In this document: positions 1-14,300 of the stretch, piece after piece
Position numbering within the stretch: the stretch's first letter is position 1
Layout: every line of letters begins with the position of its first letter
Assembly (NCBI GenBank): GCA_964016885.1
Contig: OZ024740.1
Span: 47,368,001 to 47,432,000 of the forward strand
DNA: 64,000 bases
Source: Eledone cirrhosa
Lineage: Eukaryota
Direction: 5' to 3'
The notes under the pieces: model-generated
What the model saw: only the letters and a program-made list of their open reading frames with translations
What the model was told of the DNA's origin: nothing
Database searches by the model: none
Program-made: the position numbers and the translations under genes

Positions 1-239
1 ATTATCTTTCGACATCCAATGTAGCAAGCGATGACCCAGAACTTACCAGAGATCATTGTGTCTTGAAGTGATTCTGCAACCACCGCGCCTGGTCCTATGA
101 GCAGACTACAACCACAGAGATCATTAATTCACCATAATAATTCGAACATCTTCAGCACAACTTAATTAAACTACTCTATAGTTAAAACACTTTATGCTTT
201 AGAAATTTTTTGGAAGTTGCGCATAACCATAGAAATTAG

Positions 240-1040
240 GGTCTATATTGCGACACATTTCAATAGCTAGGTATAGAAACCCCGGAGTTACCTCCCCTCA
301 TGCATTAACTCCCCTTAGCCACACACACACTTCCGGGTGGTATTCAATGTCGTTTCTCGAAACGTAACAGCCTCCTGTATTGAACTAAAGAACATCAGAC
401 TACGATTCTCTAACTGGATTGTCAAACGCTCAATATCGAATTGTCGTGGATTATGTGAGGGGCATATAATCGAAAAATACACTCCCCTGACCATGAAAAT
501 GTCGAAGTACATGAAGTACTTGTCATCCCTTCGCTGTGCATCTCCAATACTTTTAATATTTTTAATGCTTGCACTATTTTTAATGCTTATATCATTTCTC
601 CACACACAGACTATATCAATCATATAAAGAATTTGCCACCAGATCAACCAACCTAACACTCTTGTTTACCTACCTAAGTGCCTCTACTACACCTACCTCT
701 CTGCCACACTATATAAACAAGACGCACGTGCTTGCCACACATATAACATTTGCACCATATAACCGCTTATCTTCATGTTGTATTTTAACCTGTATTTTTG
801 ATTTTTGATTGTACCTTTTAATATGAATGTAATCTCGAAGTGTGTACTGCCACTCTAAATTCTGTAATGAATGTTGACCCACAATATTTGCATATGTATC
901 GGTATGTCTCTTGGCTGAAAAGGAGGTCATATAACTGTCCATTCATTAATAAATTGCTCCGACGAATCCAAACCTCGGTTTGGAGGAAACAGCTGTAAGC
1001 ACAATAATGTTTTGAACAGTTCTTTGATTCTTATATTTCA
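240..1040 (+). mobile_element. Degenerate 3' portion of a probable Penelope-like element
   Basis: Weak GIY-YIG-like C-terminal text (EGHIIEKYTP) in ORF 337-627. Ends in an HHR whose stem II and downstream aataa..tgttttgaac resemble the PLE terminus at 56425-56490, followed by (TA)n. Confidence 0.45.
955..1001 (+). ncRNA. Minimal type-I hammerhead ribozyme (CCGACGA core)
   Basis: tgct-CCGACGA-a-tccaaacc tc ggtttgga-g-GAAA-CAGCTG-TA-agca. Stem I tgct/agca, palindromic CAGCTG stem-loop III, GUA cleavage triplet at 995-997. Confidence 0.8.
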
Positions 1041-1091
<51 letters not shown>

Positions 1092-1487
1092 TAAAATAAC
1101 AGATTAAAGTTTAAGCAAAGAATCGCTGCTTTCACCCTTAACGAGGTTTTCACATTTATTATTATTACTATATATATATTTCGTTTATGAATTTGTTTAG
1201 CAAGATTCTTTATTACAAAACGTGTGCTGAAACCGATATTGTTATGCTTTGGGAGAGTCATTATAGAAAACATGAATGGAATACCAACATCACAACTTAC
1301 AATTAAGGACAAAATGAAAACACACATAGAACAATCAACCAACCAGTAACATGTAAATAAACAAATATAAACACACACAGACACCCGGATGTAACACATG
1401 CGCAAACTAAGCACACAACATACACAAAAACAAGATGGCGTAGGACAGAACAAAGGAGAGGCACAAAAACAAAGAAAAGAATCCCTA

Positions 1488-1530
1488 GTCACTGAAGAGG
1501 TCACAGAATGTGTGACGAAAGGACATTGAC
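1488..1530 (+). ncRNA. Hammerhead-like motif, cleavage site non-canonical
   Basis: gtca-CTGAAGA-g-gtcaca gaatg tgtgac-GAAA-ggacat-tgac. Stems I and II are present; stem III/NUH is poor. A decayed relative lies near 59122-59160. Confidence 0.4.
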
Positions 1531-1757
1531 AATATATGAACAACCGTCCGGTTGTGGAACCAACCAACCGGAAATTTATAAATTCTTAAATTTATAAATT
1601 TAACTTATAATAAATTGGAGTGAAAGTAACTGGTGCGTGTGTTTCTTATTGGCAACATGACCCTCCCAAAGCATAACTATATATATATATATATAAAATA
1701 TACATATACACACACACTCACTTACACACACACACACACACATAGACACACACACAA

Positions 1758-1823
<66 letters not shown>

Positions 1824-1990
1824 CGATTTCAAACGAATGGAAACAATCTGGTATTGTAGAAGTCATATATAATAAATATATGCCTTCTATACTAATATAT
1901 TGAGTGACTTATTTAACTGTGGTTCCCTTCCGTTCTTCTTAGGAAAACCATTATGTGAAGTGAGTTAAGCTATCATTATTCGTATTTCAA

Positions 1991-2183
1991 GGGCGGTGGA
2001 TTGGCAGTATCAGTAGAGGGTCGGACGCCATGCTTTGACGCATAGAGTTACAGTCCTTGCCATTCTGAGTTCAAATCCCGCCGAGGTTAACTTTGCCTTT
2101 CATCCTTACGGGGTCGATAAATTAAAGTACCAGTAATGCACTGGATAATTGCTGGCCTTGTGCCAAAAGTAGAAACAATTATT
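1991..2183 (+). mobile_element. tRNA-derived SINE, family A
   Basis: A box tggcagtatcagtag, B box gagttcaaatcc, central ttgcctttcatccttacggggtcgataaa..gtaccag (resembles a Deu/Nin-type domain, from memory), 3' end agaaacaattatt; many copies in the window. Confidence 0.85.
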
Positions 2184-2365
2184 CATATTTCAAGTTTTAT
2201 GTTTCGGAAGTATTGTTCAATAATACGTTTTAAAAATGTTTTATAATTGATTAAATATTATTTATTATGAATATTGATTATTTTGAAGCAGTTTGATTTT
2301 AATTTTTATCTTGTATTTTGTTCCACGTTATAAATATATGTTATTTGCTTTTTTCTTTCTTAAAG

Positions 2366-2581
2366 GTTTGGGATGATGGTTTGAGTTCTGCTGCTGAGAC
2401 ATGGTCTTTTACATGTGAATATAAAGAGTATGATGATTACTTTGGACAAAACATGTACTACGATTCAGAAAAAGATGATCTTAAAGGTTTTGTTAAAACG
2501 GCTGTGAAAAAATGGAATGACAATGCTAAAAGTGTGCTCAATCCTAAAGGAGCTTGTAAAGGAGATTGCCACAAAGCTCAG
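2366..2581 (+). CDS. Internal exon of CAP/SCP (CRISP/antigen 5/PR-1) domain gene
   Basis: Polypyrimidine tract and taaag acceptor; 216 bp, phase 0-0; donor cag|gtatgt. Encodes VWDDGLSSAAETWSFTCEY...FGQNMY...AVKKWND...CKGDCHKAQ, matching the CAP W-D-x-x-L-x-x-x-A-x-x-W and GEN-like motifs. Confidence 0.88.
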
Positions 2582-2879
2582 GTATGTCAAGTTTTTAATC
2601 CTTTCTATAACGGCAATGTAAAAAAAAATTAAGATGTATACAAACTTTTAACTAAGTATCTAGGTTTAATTTTCTAACAGCAATTGATAATATATCTTCT
2701 ACTTTTCTATCAGTGTGTTATTTCTGTTATTGGGACAGTGGTGTGAAGTAGAATTATTAAGACAATGTATTGTTACGCAATCTAGTCAGCCTAAAAAGTA
2801 TTTGATGAATTGAAATTACAGCCTCTGTTGCATTATAATATAAATCATTTTAAATATAATATATTATTATATTAAGGTC

Positions 2880-3240
2880 GCTAATATCATATTAAGCACT
2901 TGAGAAGAAACTAGATGTTGCATACACTGAAATGCTTAGAGTTGTACAAAACATAAAATAGCGTCAAAGTATTACAAATGAAAGTTTATACGGAAACTTG
3001 CCCAAGATAACAACTACAATCGCTCAAAGACGGTTATGGTTTGTAGGCCATTGCTGGAGAAGTAAGCAGGAAGTTATATACAAGCTACTATTGTGGGAAC
3101 CAACTCATGTGAGACACAGTGGAGAAAGACCTGCTTGACCATTTATTGATCAACTCTCAGTAAGGAACAGTTGCCAGGAACAATGTGAAATCATGAATTG
3201 TGGAAAGACTTTGTCGGGAAAGTCCGACCGTGGTCGCAAT
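2880..3240 (+). mobile_element. RTE-clade LINE 3' fragment (pseudogenised)
   Basis: Reads LDVAYTEMLRVVQNIK*RQSITNESLYGNLPKITTTIAQRRLWFVGHCWR...LLLWEP, a typical post-RT RTE region with stops. Confidence 0.8.
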
Positions 3241-3894
3241 AGTGGTGGTCATCATCATATTAAGATTTCATATTGATTTTAATGTTATGAAGCCTATTAA
3301 AAAGAAGCGACTGAGAACTATAATCAGGGATGCAGGCAAAAAAGAGGGAAGAGAACGCCTAAATGTTTATAAATCGATTAATTATAGAAGTGTGTCTACA
3401 TAGTATGGTGACAGCTCTGGACATGTTTCAGTCCTACAGCTCCTCCTCAGTGAAGCATAATGTCACCGCTATTGCAGATCGTAGAGAAGTGTCTACAATT
3501 TTAGTATGTGAACATATTTATGTATAATTTAATTTTAATCAGTTAAAATTTGAAGATTGCCTCTTCCAATTATTTTTTTAATGGAATTAGACATTTAGAA
3601 AATGATTGTTCTCATCACTAAAGTTGTAATTTTAATTAAAATTTATTGGCTGGCTTGCTCTATCAAATATGCTAGCGTCCACTTACCTATTACAAATGTT
3701 GATGCTGAATATTCTCTACCAAATATTCGTTTCCGCGAGACTATGAATGTGCACTCGGAATGTTCTTTTTCCTGAAAAGACTCTAAAAGGTTAAAGGAAT
3801 GCTGGTAAAGTCAATCTCGACCGGAATAAATACTACAAGGCATTGTATCCCACACTCTAATAATTCTGCCAATTGAAAACCATTTAGTAAATAT

Positions 3895-4140
3895 AAGCTG
3901 GCTAAGGGGTTATGGTGCTCAGCTCACGATCATAAAATCATGTATTCAATTTCCGGTGACACGTTGTGTCCTTGAACAATGACCTTTATTTCATGTTACG
4001 TCAGTTTTCTCAACTAAAAATAAATGAGTTATAACTGTAATTCAAAGGACCAGCCTTGTCATAAAATGTGTCACTCAGAATCTCCATGAGAACTACATTG
4101 AGAGTTTACATGTCTGAAGAATACCCAACCACTTGCACAC
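3895..4140 (+). mobile_element. Diverged SINE, family B
   Basis: Similar to 23597-23765 (tRNA-like head, tgtgtccttg.. core, aaatgag). Confidence 0.6.
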
Positions 4141-6653
4141 TAAAATCAGAATATTCTGCTGACTAAACAAAAGGAAATGAATTTATAAAATAAGCAATGA
4201 AAGCAAGTTGCAACATGGAGATATGTATTAATCCCCTTTTATTAGAAACCATATATTTTAATAAGTGCTAAAGAATATGTCTAGAACACGTAGATTTTCC
4301 CGTAGTAGTGTGTGGATTGAAGAAGATTTTACTGTTGTTTTTAACAGGTCGAGCAACTATGTAGAGGCTCAATAATTGCATACCCCTTTTCTCATAGGCT
4401 GCTATTTATTGACATCAGAATAGTCTTAGTGTTTTTTAGTATCATCTTTGAACTTGTTGCCACTCCTTTAAGCCACATCACATTCTCCATGTTACAAATT
4501 AATACACTGTATAGTTATTCTATTTAATACATGTCATTGTTTACATTCATTAATAGCTGTAACATTTTCATAGCTATGGGATAAAAGCTTTGAAATTTAA
4601 GTTATAATTTAATAAAGTTCCACCCAGATCTCTTTGACTTTATGCATGTTTTGTTTCGAAATAAAATGGCTATTAGCAGCACATTTAGTTTTGAAGTCAC
4701 ATTTCGTTCTTATAGGCTAGTAAAGTATTAGCGTCCATATTTGTGTCTTTTATCTTTTCATGAAAGATACCCACAAAAAAGTTCACTTACTACTAAATTA
4801 TTCTCTACTTCAGAAACCATCGTATCAAAAAGGTCATTCTCTTTACCAGCTTATTTGTTTTTAAGCGTGTTGTCCGATATTCACTGATTTCGTTTACTTT
4901 CCTTCTATGTTATTTATTCTATGGGGAGTTTCCGTGTTTTCTCATTGGTTAAACTAGTGCACTAGTAACATTTTCTCGATCAAAGAGAAGCATCGTTGGT
5001 AGAAATGCAATAAAGAGTTTTAATACAATTCAACATCTAAGATTACTTTCAGATTGGACATATATAATTAACTACATTATACTTAAGACTCCATGCAAAA
5101 TATCATTGTGTTCTACTCTTCAGTTTATAAATAGAAGTGTAATAAAACCCATCTGAGAAAAGTAGGAGAAAACAGACATATTTAACATTTCGGTGTTAAC
5201 AAATGCTGATAAAAAAAATCAAAATGAGAAATTGCCATTAAAATGTATTTGATAGAGTATACGTTATTCAGTGTATAACATACAAGTTCAATATGAGCAG
5301 TAGCATCTACTCTTTATAGTACTATTAGGAAGCACATGAAAATAGCTGCTTCGTCTGTTAAAATGTAATTTTGATAGATGCTGAGTGACTCAGTGAATAT
5401 CATAGCGGTTTTAATGTTTATTTCACATTTTTAGTTCAATAACGTTGAAGGGAAACTACTTTTGATTAGAATTTTAACCTGTAATTTTTTCTTACCTAAC
5501 TTATCCGTTTAGTCTATTTTATAATAATTCTGTAAGCATCAGCAATTTCTGTTTAAAATAAAAATTTCTGGTGATAGGTTTTGATTCATGCGAGAGCACC
5601 CAACTTATTTTCGCTATCATATTTCTGTGTTTAATCGTAGATTAAAACTGAAACTTCTAAGTACTACATGACTAAATTTTTATTGACAAGAAAATTTCAG
5701 TTACCTCCCGAACTCCTTGAATATATTTCTTTGTATGAGCAAATAAAGTATCAGTATCATGTGGGACTGCAGCTCACTCTTGAAATAATATTTTACGCTA
5801 ACGATTATTTCCCTTGGTTGCATTACTGGACGTGAATCTTCCTGTATTCATAAGTGAGACGTAAACGCTACTAAGCTGGTTGCTCAGGATACACCAGATA
5901 AATATGAAAAGATTCTGCTGTAGCCCTGAAACAATACAATGAGTTACTGGATATCCAGCTTCTATGTTAGATGAAGTATATATGCTATAGATAACTTAAG
6001 ATAAGCAAAACTTTAACCTTAAGAGAAAATAACACATGCACCAATTACAGAGAAAATTATTTTAATTATCAGATAGCAGCGTTAAATGTCATGTTTTCCT
6101 ATTGCGTCGCCAAAATACCGTTAATTTCAGGATCAGGCTGTTTCGTTGTTTAAAGAACTGATACATTGGTCGCTTGAAACGATGGAGTGCCAACAACTAA
6201 ATATATACATATATGTATGAGTGTGTGTGTTTGTATATATATATATATATGTATGTAGGCAGAATTCTAGGAGAAGGAAAACTCTGATATAACACCTGCA
6301 ACCCTGATGGTATCCAATGATGTTGACTTGTTCTTCTTTTTGGTAAATATCATCTTGGTTAAGAGAGTGGGACTGGCTTTGTGCAGTGCCTTTGCTCACT
6401 ATAAAAGCTTCACGGCATAGGCATTGCTTTGTATCTGGAGATCTCTCTGCACTTGTCGTCACATGGTACCATGGGCCCAGCACTGTGTGTCAATAATTGT
6501 CACAGGTGTAGTGTTTGTACCAGAGTTTTCAAGTCGCTGGCTGGACTAAAAGGTCACACTTGTTCAGCGCATCGGTAGGGGTTCTCTTACATGGATATAA
6601 ATAGTGGCCGTACTCGAAAACGAGTTGGCAGCCACCATATATATATGTGTGTG

Positions 6654-6757
<104 letters not shown>

Positions 6758-6784
6758 CACAAACATACACAATCATACATACAT

Positions 6785-6839
<55 letters not shown>

Positions 6840-7329
6840 TTGTATCTTTAATTATTATCTCAACATCATACATATTTATTTGATATTTTCGATAACCAAC
6901 TGCCCTCATTATAACAAGTCGAATCGAAACCTACCTTAATAAATTTTTGTAGTCTACAAGTCCACATAATAATTATTCTGGAATTTCCCTTACTATTTAT
7001 TTTATATAGATTTGTATCTGATATATGTGTTTATGTACACATGTACGAGCATTTCTCACTTATTAGTGTATAGCTACTGACATGTTTATCTTTGATAGCA
7101 AAATAGATTCTTATCGCTATTCTGTTATTCGTTTACATATCTCGGAGAGTTTGCAGCTATTATTTATCTATCACTCTTTTTTGTTTAAGCATATATTCCT
7201 TATCTAATGTAGAAACCTGCAGCTCTTTGCACATTTTCAGAGTAGATAACTTGTTACCATTTATCACAAAGCAGATAGTATGATTTGATTATAGGATATT
7301 AGAAATTAAAGAATTAAGTTGGTTGCTCA

Positions 7330-7645
7330 ATTACCCCAGTGCATTACTGGTGCTTTATTTTATCGACCTCGTAAGGATGAAAGGCAAAGTTAACTTCGGC
7401 GGTATTTGGACTCAGAACGTAAAGGCCAACAACTCGATGCTGAAAAGCATGCTGTCTGACGCTCCACCGATACTGTCTATCCACCGTCCTACATAATAAT
7501 AATTGTTTCAACTTTTGGCACAAGGCTAGCCAGTGCATTACCCAGTGCATTACTTGTTCTTTATTTTATCGACCCGGTAAGGATGAAAGGCAAAGTTAAC
7601 CTCGACGGGATTTGGACTCAGACCGTAAAGGGACGTAACTATGCT
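7330..7645 (-). mobile_element. Two adjacent SINE family A copies
   Basis: Reverse complement of the family A body appears twice (about 7330-7490 and 7500-7645). Confidence 0.85.
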
Positions 7646-8867
7646 GATAATGATTAGCTAATACTAATAGAGAGAGACTTTACCAGCGACTTGCTATATA
7701 TCGACTCATGAAAACTATCTGATAGCTCATATACAGATGTTACGCGTGTATATAGCGTTAAGCAGTAACGTAGTGACTTATCGACTGATTAGTGATAAAT
7801 ATAAACTTTAGCATTGAGTGCTTTTATTCTGTCGTTTGAACCCATAAACGTATGTGTTTGTATGTGTGTGGGTGTGTGTGGGCGTGTGTATGTATGTGTG
7901 TGTGTGTGTATGTGTGTGTGAGAGTAAGTAAATGCAGATGGAACAACTATTTGTTGATATAATCATATATATGCACGAAAATGTGAATAACTTCTTCACA
8001 GACACATTGCATTGACGTATGCGTGGGTTTGGGGAGATTTCGTTAAGTGTGTGAATATCAGTGAGTGTATCTATGTGAATATATGTATATGTATGTGTGT
8101 GTGAAACTATTTATGAAGTAATTGACATCATAGCTGTTACTGCATAGCTAATGCTATTCTCTATTCTATTTTAATTCTTCACCGAATAGAACTAAACAAG
8201 TATCTTAGCAGACAGAACACAGTGACATTTGTAACAGAATACATAAAGTTTAATAAATGCAACAAAATAAAAAGGACATTAACCAGAACGTTATCTTTTA
8301 GCTTCAAATTCCCTTTCCCTTTGTGACAATGTCATTAGTTAGTCAACACGTTTCTAATGTCTCCAAATATTCGTCTAAATGTTTGACTTCAAATCAGCAT
8401 AGTATATATTATGATTTCATTCTATTTACATAGTTTTCATTCATTTTAAACCGGTTGATATTTGGGGCACCGATAAAGATTTTGCCTTGAAATAGGAATT
8501 CGTATATATATTTATATATATATATATGTATATGAAATTCGTGGCCTTCTAATAGTTAGATCGTTTGCATCTTTTCACTGCAGACTTTTTTATTTAGTTT
8601 GCAGCTTTGCATTCGTCAGTATCTTTTTTGCAACTTTAGCTGTCATTTACTTTGTATAATTAGGTATTTTAAAGAGTTTTTTTTTCATATTTTTGTCCTT
8701 CAGTAGGATAGGTAGGTTAAGAGAATAAATAATCTAATGACATCATCTATATTTGAAGGAAAAAAAGTTAGCGTTTATATACACCGTACAAGGAACATTA
8801 AAAAATCTAACTAAAAATGAATATGACGTATGGAAAAAACGACTTTATTGAATGGCTTGTATTATTT

Positions 8868-9310
8868 GTTGACTTTGCCTTTCATTCTTACGGGGTTGAT
8901 AAAATAAACTACCAGTAATGCACTGGTTATTGCTGGCCTTGTGCCTAAAGTAGAAACAATTATTTCAAATCCCGCCGAGGTTAACTTTGCCTTTCATCCT
9001 TACGGGGTCGATAAAATAAAGTACCAGTAAAACACTGGGTAATTGCTGGCCTTGTGCCAAAAGTAGAAACAATTATTTTCATTATTTGCGGGCGGGAGAT
9101 TGGTAGTATCGGTAGAGCGTCGGACAACATGCTTTTGAGTATAGAGTTACACCCCTTTATGATCTGAGTTCAAATACCACCGAGGTTAGCTTTGCCTTTC
9201 ATCCTTACGGCGTCGATAAAATAAAGTACCAGTCACGCACTGGTGTCGATTTAATCGACTTTCCCCACCCCAAAATTACTGACCTTGTGCCTATATAAGA
9301 AACCATTATT
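8868..9310 (+). mobile_element. Cluster of three SINE family A pieces
   Basis: Two 5'-truncated head-to-tail pieces (about 8868-8965, 8965-9078) and a full copy with a longer 3' variant (about 9089-9310). Confidence 0.85.
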
Positions 9311-9624
9311 TGCGGCAAGTACGGGTGAAAACTCTGAACTGCTTTTGATCATATTCTGACCTCAGCAACGAAGCATTAGATAAGTGCAATAATTAAACTT
9401 CTGAGTTGGATCTGAGTTTGATTTCCTGTAACATCATTTAATTAGCAATAAATAGATTGATGTTACGTATACTGCTAATGACCTTTAATGAAAGCACACG
9501 AACGTTATACAATCTCACCCCGCCTTCCTGAGTCAATAAATTACATTTTATTTAGATTATATAAATTAAATTAACAAACATTTGTTTGTTTATATTGATA
9601 TAGTATAATGATATAATGTAATAT

Positions 9625-10085
9625 AATTGGTTCTACTTTTGGTACAAAGCCAGCAATTACCCAGTGCATTACTGGTACTTTATTTTATCGACCCCGTAAG
9701 GATGAAAGGGAAAGTTAAATGTAATATAATGTATCATAATTTAATATAATATAATATATAATATAATAATGTAATCTAGTATAGTATCATACAATATAAT
9801 ATATAATTGTTTCTACTTTAGGCACAAGGCCAGCAATTATCAGTACATTACTGGTACTTTATTTTATCGACCCCGTAAGGACGAAAGGCAAAGTTAACCT
9901 CGGCGGGATTTGAACTCAGACTGTAAAGGGACGTAACTATGCTACAAAGCATGGCGTCCAACCCTCCACCGATACTGCCAATATAATTGTTTCTACTTTT
10001 TGGCACAAGGGCAGCAAATTACCCAGTGCATTACTGGTACTTTATTTTATCGACCCCGTAAGGATGAAAGGCAAAGTCAACCTCA
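9625..10085 (-). mobile_element. Cluster of three SINE family A copies in ATATA-rich sequence
   Basis: Repeated aattgtttctact..ccagtgcattactggtactttattttatcgaccccgtaaggatgaaagg near 9625, 9803 and 9985. Confidence 0.85.
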
Positions 10086-10411
10086 ATGTAATGTAATATG
10101 AAGTTTATATTGATATAATATATTAGAATATAGTACAATCTGTATGTTTCCCTTAAGTTTGCTGTATCATATGTAAACAACATTCGCTGCTTATAACATC
10201 TGATTTAAACGTAGTGTGATACGATTACTCTGCTTCTTGCTTCACTGAATACGCTTCCCCTGAATTTCCGGTGGCAGCCTCATATCTGCTAGCCAAAATA
10301 TTTACACAGTATCGGATCCTACGTAGAGTTGTAGATTCTTTATAATGTAAATAGTAATGAATATATTCTAATTTAATGGGAGGACGGTTCGTATATTTTT
10401 GCTTGTTGATT

Positions 10412-10443
<32 letters not shown>

Positions 10444-12439
10444 TATTATAATAATAATAATAATAATAATGATGGGGATGGTGGTAATATTGATATGAAT
10501 ACTTATAATGTAAGTAGAGGCATATCAGATACCTTACATATATACCTCCCTTGAGGCCAAATTATGTTTAACAACCATTCGATAATGTAAAGGAGGAATA
10601 AGTGACCCAACTGATTTAAAGTTTTTCAAAGACCACCAGCAGCCATTTCTACTCTTAATCTATTTTTAATTTAGTCGTGTTTTTGCACAAAATAACTACC
10701 AAAACATTACTTTCGTCTGGCGAAATAATTGAGTGATTTGTTGCTTTTATTACTGTTGTATACCCCTCTCAAACCAGCCCAGCTCGAACAGATCCCTGAT
10801 CAAAAATATTACATCCATGGCGATTCTATTTTTTTATATATAAATATAGTGTATATAGAACCTGTGTTCCAACAGTAAAGTATGATTTGGGGGGGGGGGG
10901 TTTCGTCTTATCCCTAACAAGTTAAGTAACCGCCTGGAGGACTACTCCATCATTGGCTATTGCTGCTGTTGATGATAATTTTTCAACATGTGTTACATTT
11001 TATCGAGTGGATTCCAGATCTTATTTTAATGCTTCCAACTCTCAACTGGCGCCATATACCATTGTATATTTATATCAGATTAGTTTATTATATAATATAG
11101 ACGTTAATACCGAAATATGGAATTGCTATTCGCATAGACATCATATGTTCAGACCAACAGGATAAAGCTTATTAATGCAAATCAGTACTCTGTGAATTCA
11201 TATCTGCTGCCAGCGTTAGAATGAATTTCTAAGCTGTTAATTTAATTCTAAGCGTATGGGCTCCTAACAGATCAAATATTATATTTTCATCATGATATTA
11301 AAAGAAAATCAACGAAAATTAGATTTAAAATTATTCATCTCTCGTTCAAACAGTAATCAGTCTGGTTGAGTTTATAACTTGAGGTTACTTTTGCAGGAAA
11401 ATAGTAGTGCGTATATGCGCAATTTTAAATTACTATGCCGGGTTTTTGTGTTGAATGTATGTAATATGTATTAATGTAGCTGACTTCTGAAAAAAAAATG
11501 TTCTGGGGCTCAGTTTATCTCAAGTTACATGGTTTAGTTCTATCAACACGATGTAGAGATCAAAGTAAACAAGCTGAAATGAATAGAAAGAAAAACTTCT
11601 CGTGATCAATTAGAAGAGTCGTTTGAAAATTGGACAAAGAGATTTCAGATATTTTATTTTTCGACTTACTGCGTTCTTGTCGATGAAATGAAACATGAGT
11701 CCATAGCAGTGGATTAACAGAATTTTTAGAGCACCAGACGAAATTGCTTGTAGCATTTCCTTTCGGGCTTTGCATTCTAATATTTGATGTTTTAATACGT
11801 CTTTCAGGTTCTTAAGTAATTTAGTGGAGTTTGCTCTCTTGCAAGTAAGTGGGAGAGTATGAGGTGAAGTCGAGGCGTGGGGATCAGTACATTTAAAGAG
11901 GGCTTACGTGAAGAGGGAGCGATTGGAGTGGTTGATAGAAACAGAGATATCGAGGAAGTGGACGGAAGTAGTGAAGATAGAGGTGGTGATATCAAGGGTG
12001 GAGTGAAAGGAGTCGAGGAAGGAGAGGAAGGAGTCGAGTTGTACTCGATGTGACGCCGTCTGTATAGCTCAGGCGTGATGTGGAGCCGGTATATTATGGA
12101 AAATATATATACAACAAATATCTTTATTCTATCTGTTTTTGTACTCAAAGCCAATTCGTTGTTAGTGTTTGTATAGAGATGAAGCTTAAATTTCACAGTA
12201 GATGTTTTGTAATGCTAAGACGTTTCAGCAACTTCAGAACACACCCATTTTTCTCTTTGCGCACAATACATACCCAAATAAGAGCAAAATATTTCACTAT
12301 TTGACAGAGGAACTACACCCGATATCACGTTGTTGCAAAACGAACCCATTAACGACACAACGCTGCCTGCATCAATCTATATATCTATAGATAAGCCAAA
12401 AACTATTTCCAAAATTATTTAATACGTAATTAAAGTAAA

Positions 12440-12967
12440 CTAGCAGAAAAACCTCCCCCTGTGTGTTTTTCTGCTAGCATCTGTAGTGTGCATATTGATA
12501 GTATACGTAAATATATATGCATTTAGATATGATACGTCAAATAAAATCGTAATTGGGAACATGCACAGAAATTGAAGAGAGACTGTGTTACACTCTCTTG
12601 TGTAATCAGTAAAGTAATCCATGATACATTAAAAAAGACGATAAACTGCATTAGGAGAAAATTAGCGACGGAAATATAAACCTTATATAAGGATGCAAAT
12701 ATATGAACGTATATATTAGCGATGTAATAAGTGTTATAATATAATGGATGCTAACCGGAAGTGTTGACATTTGAAAATTTTAAAGAAGTGAATCTTGAAA
12801 TAAGCAACAAAATTATTTATATTTAATCAAGAGTTACGAAATTTAGTACATAAATTATGTAATATTCATTCATTATTCATTCAAAGTAATCCAACTTATT
12901 TTACAAACGGGATAAAAAAAATATATTCAGGACGCAGTCCCGCACTCCTTACTTTATTATATTATGA
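12440..12967 (-). mobile_element. Non-autonomous Helitron
   Basis: Minus strand starts A|TCATAATATAATAAAG and ends in a subterminal hairpin plus CTAG|T; homologous to 33664-34148. Confidence 0.75.
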
Positions 12968-13184
12968 TTGACTTCAAAGGTTGTAACTGCTTGGTGATTG
13001 CGAATTGCCGGCGCTTACATTTGCTTTAAATTATTTTCTACTTTTGCAATATTCATTTAGACCGAACTTTCTATTTATTACTCACAGTGTAAGTGTGTTA
13101 TTTTTTTCATCACAGTCATCGCTCTTCTACACACATAGCATTTTTACTACGCATGTTTAGTGGTTTCTAACTATGAGCTCTAAT

Positions 13185-13395
13185 ACTGATTTCTAATAGA
13201 GGCACAGGGCCAGCAATTTTGCTGGAAGGTCAAAGCTGATTAAATAAACACCAGAACTTCCTTTTACTGACACCAGAAGGATGAAAGGCAAAGTTGATCT
13301 CAGCAGAATTTGAACTCAGAATGTAAAGAGTCAGAACAAATACCACAATGACATTTTATACGTCACTCTGCCAATATTGCCAATCCACTACCCTA
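13185..13395 (-). mobile_element. Older diverged SINE family A copy
   Basis: ggatgaaaggcaaagttgatctcagcagaatttgaactcagaa...tgccaatccac. Confidence 0.75.
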
Positions 13396-14149
13396 TTATT
13401 TTTTTTATACATTTCTATGCTCGTCATAAAGTCCTCCTCATAACGGTAAAATACTAACAAACAAAAATAAGGGTAATGCTAATTCTAAGGATGTACCCCC
13501 CCCCCCTCCCATTTTCCTGTGGCCCTAGAGCCCTTGCTTTTCACTTCCTTTTCCGTTTTAAAATATTTGTAGTGTATTTGCTAGTTATGTTTAGCCTACT
13601 GCAAGCACAAGTCGAAAGTATTCAGTAAACATATAATATGAATGTATTAAAAAAAAAACTTAATGTTTTTTAATGTCATCACTGACTATGGATTTCGATT
13701 AAAGCATTGAAGTGTAACTGCTCAAATATGCTAACAAGTTCAAGTAATTTGTTTCTATTTAAGTATACGCCCTCTAGAATTATTGGGGACGTTTTAAATT
13801 AAATATTGTAATACAATAGCTGCTTTGTTCCTACACACGTGTTTCTCATAGCGTATGAGTGTGTTTGCGTATACGAGTCCGCGTATGTACTATTATGTCT
13901 AGTTTCTGTTTATACTCATTGTGTAAATGTTTCTCATCGTCTAGACACTTAAAATGATCACCTGTAAAATGAACAGTTCATATGTCTGCACCGTTTGGCT
14001 AAAATCCGGAGGATTGAATTTGCTTTTGGAGGATTGAATTTGCTTTTCTGTGTGTGTGTGACAGCTCACACCTATGCAGGTTTAGCTGGCCTCCACCAAC
14101 GTATATCTCGTTGGATGTGTCTTGGGTAATTTAATGATAGGGACCCCAG

Positions 14150-14300
14150 TCCTATCATCTCATTTCTACAGCTGAGTAAACTGGAGCAATGTGAAATAAA
14201 GTGTCTTACTCAATGAAACAACACATCACCCGGTCCGAGAATTGAACTCACAACCTTTCGATTGCAAGCCCAATGCTCTAATCACTAAGCCATGTGCCTT
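14150..14300 (-). mobile_element. SINE family B
   Basis: Near reverse complement of 23597-23765. Confidence 0.85.

Noticed and set aside
1091-1155. Short repeat shared with 25824-25890, flanked by (TA)n
   Set aside because: Probably another cassette end, but I could not build a convincing ribozyme fold.
1943-1959. Possible 17-nt microexon (cttag|GAAAACCATTATGTGAA|gtgagt) upstream of the CAP exon
   Set aside because: Splice signals are plausible, but the peptide (KPLCE) is not recognisably CAP; needs RNA data.
1991-2100. tRNA gene
   Set aside because: A and B boxes belong to SINE heads; no complete cloverleaf.
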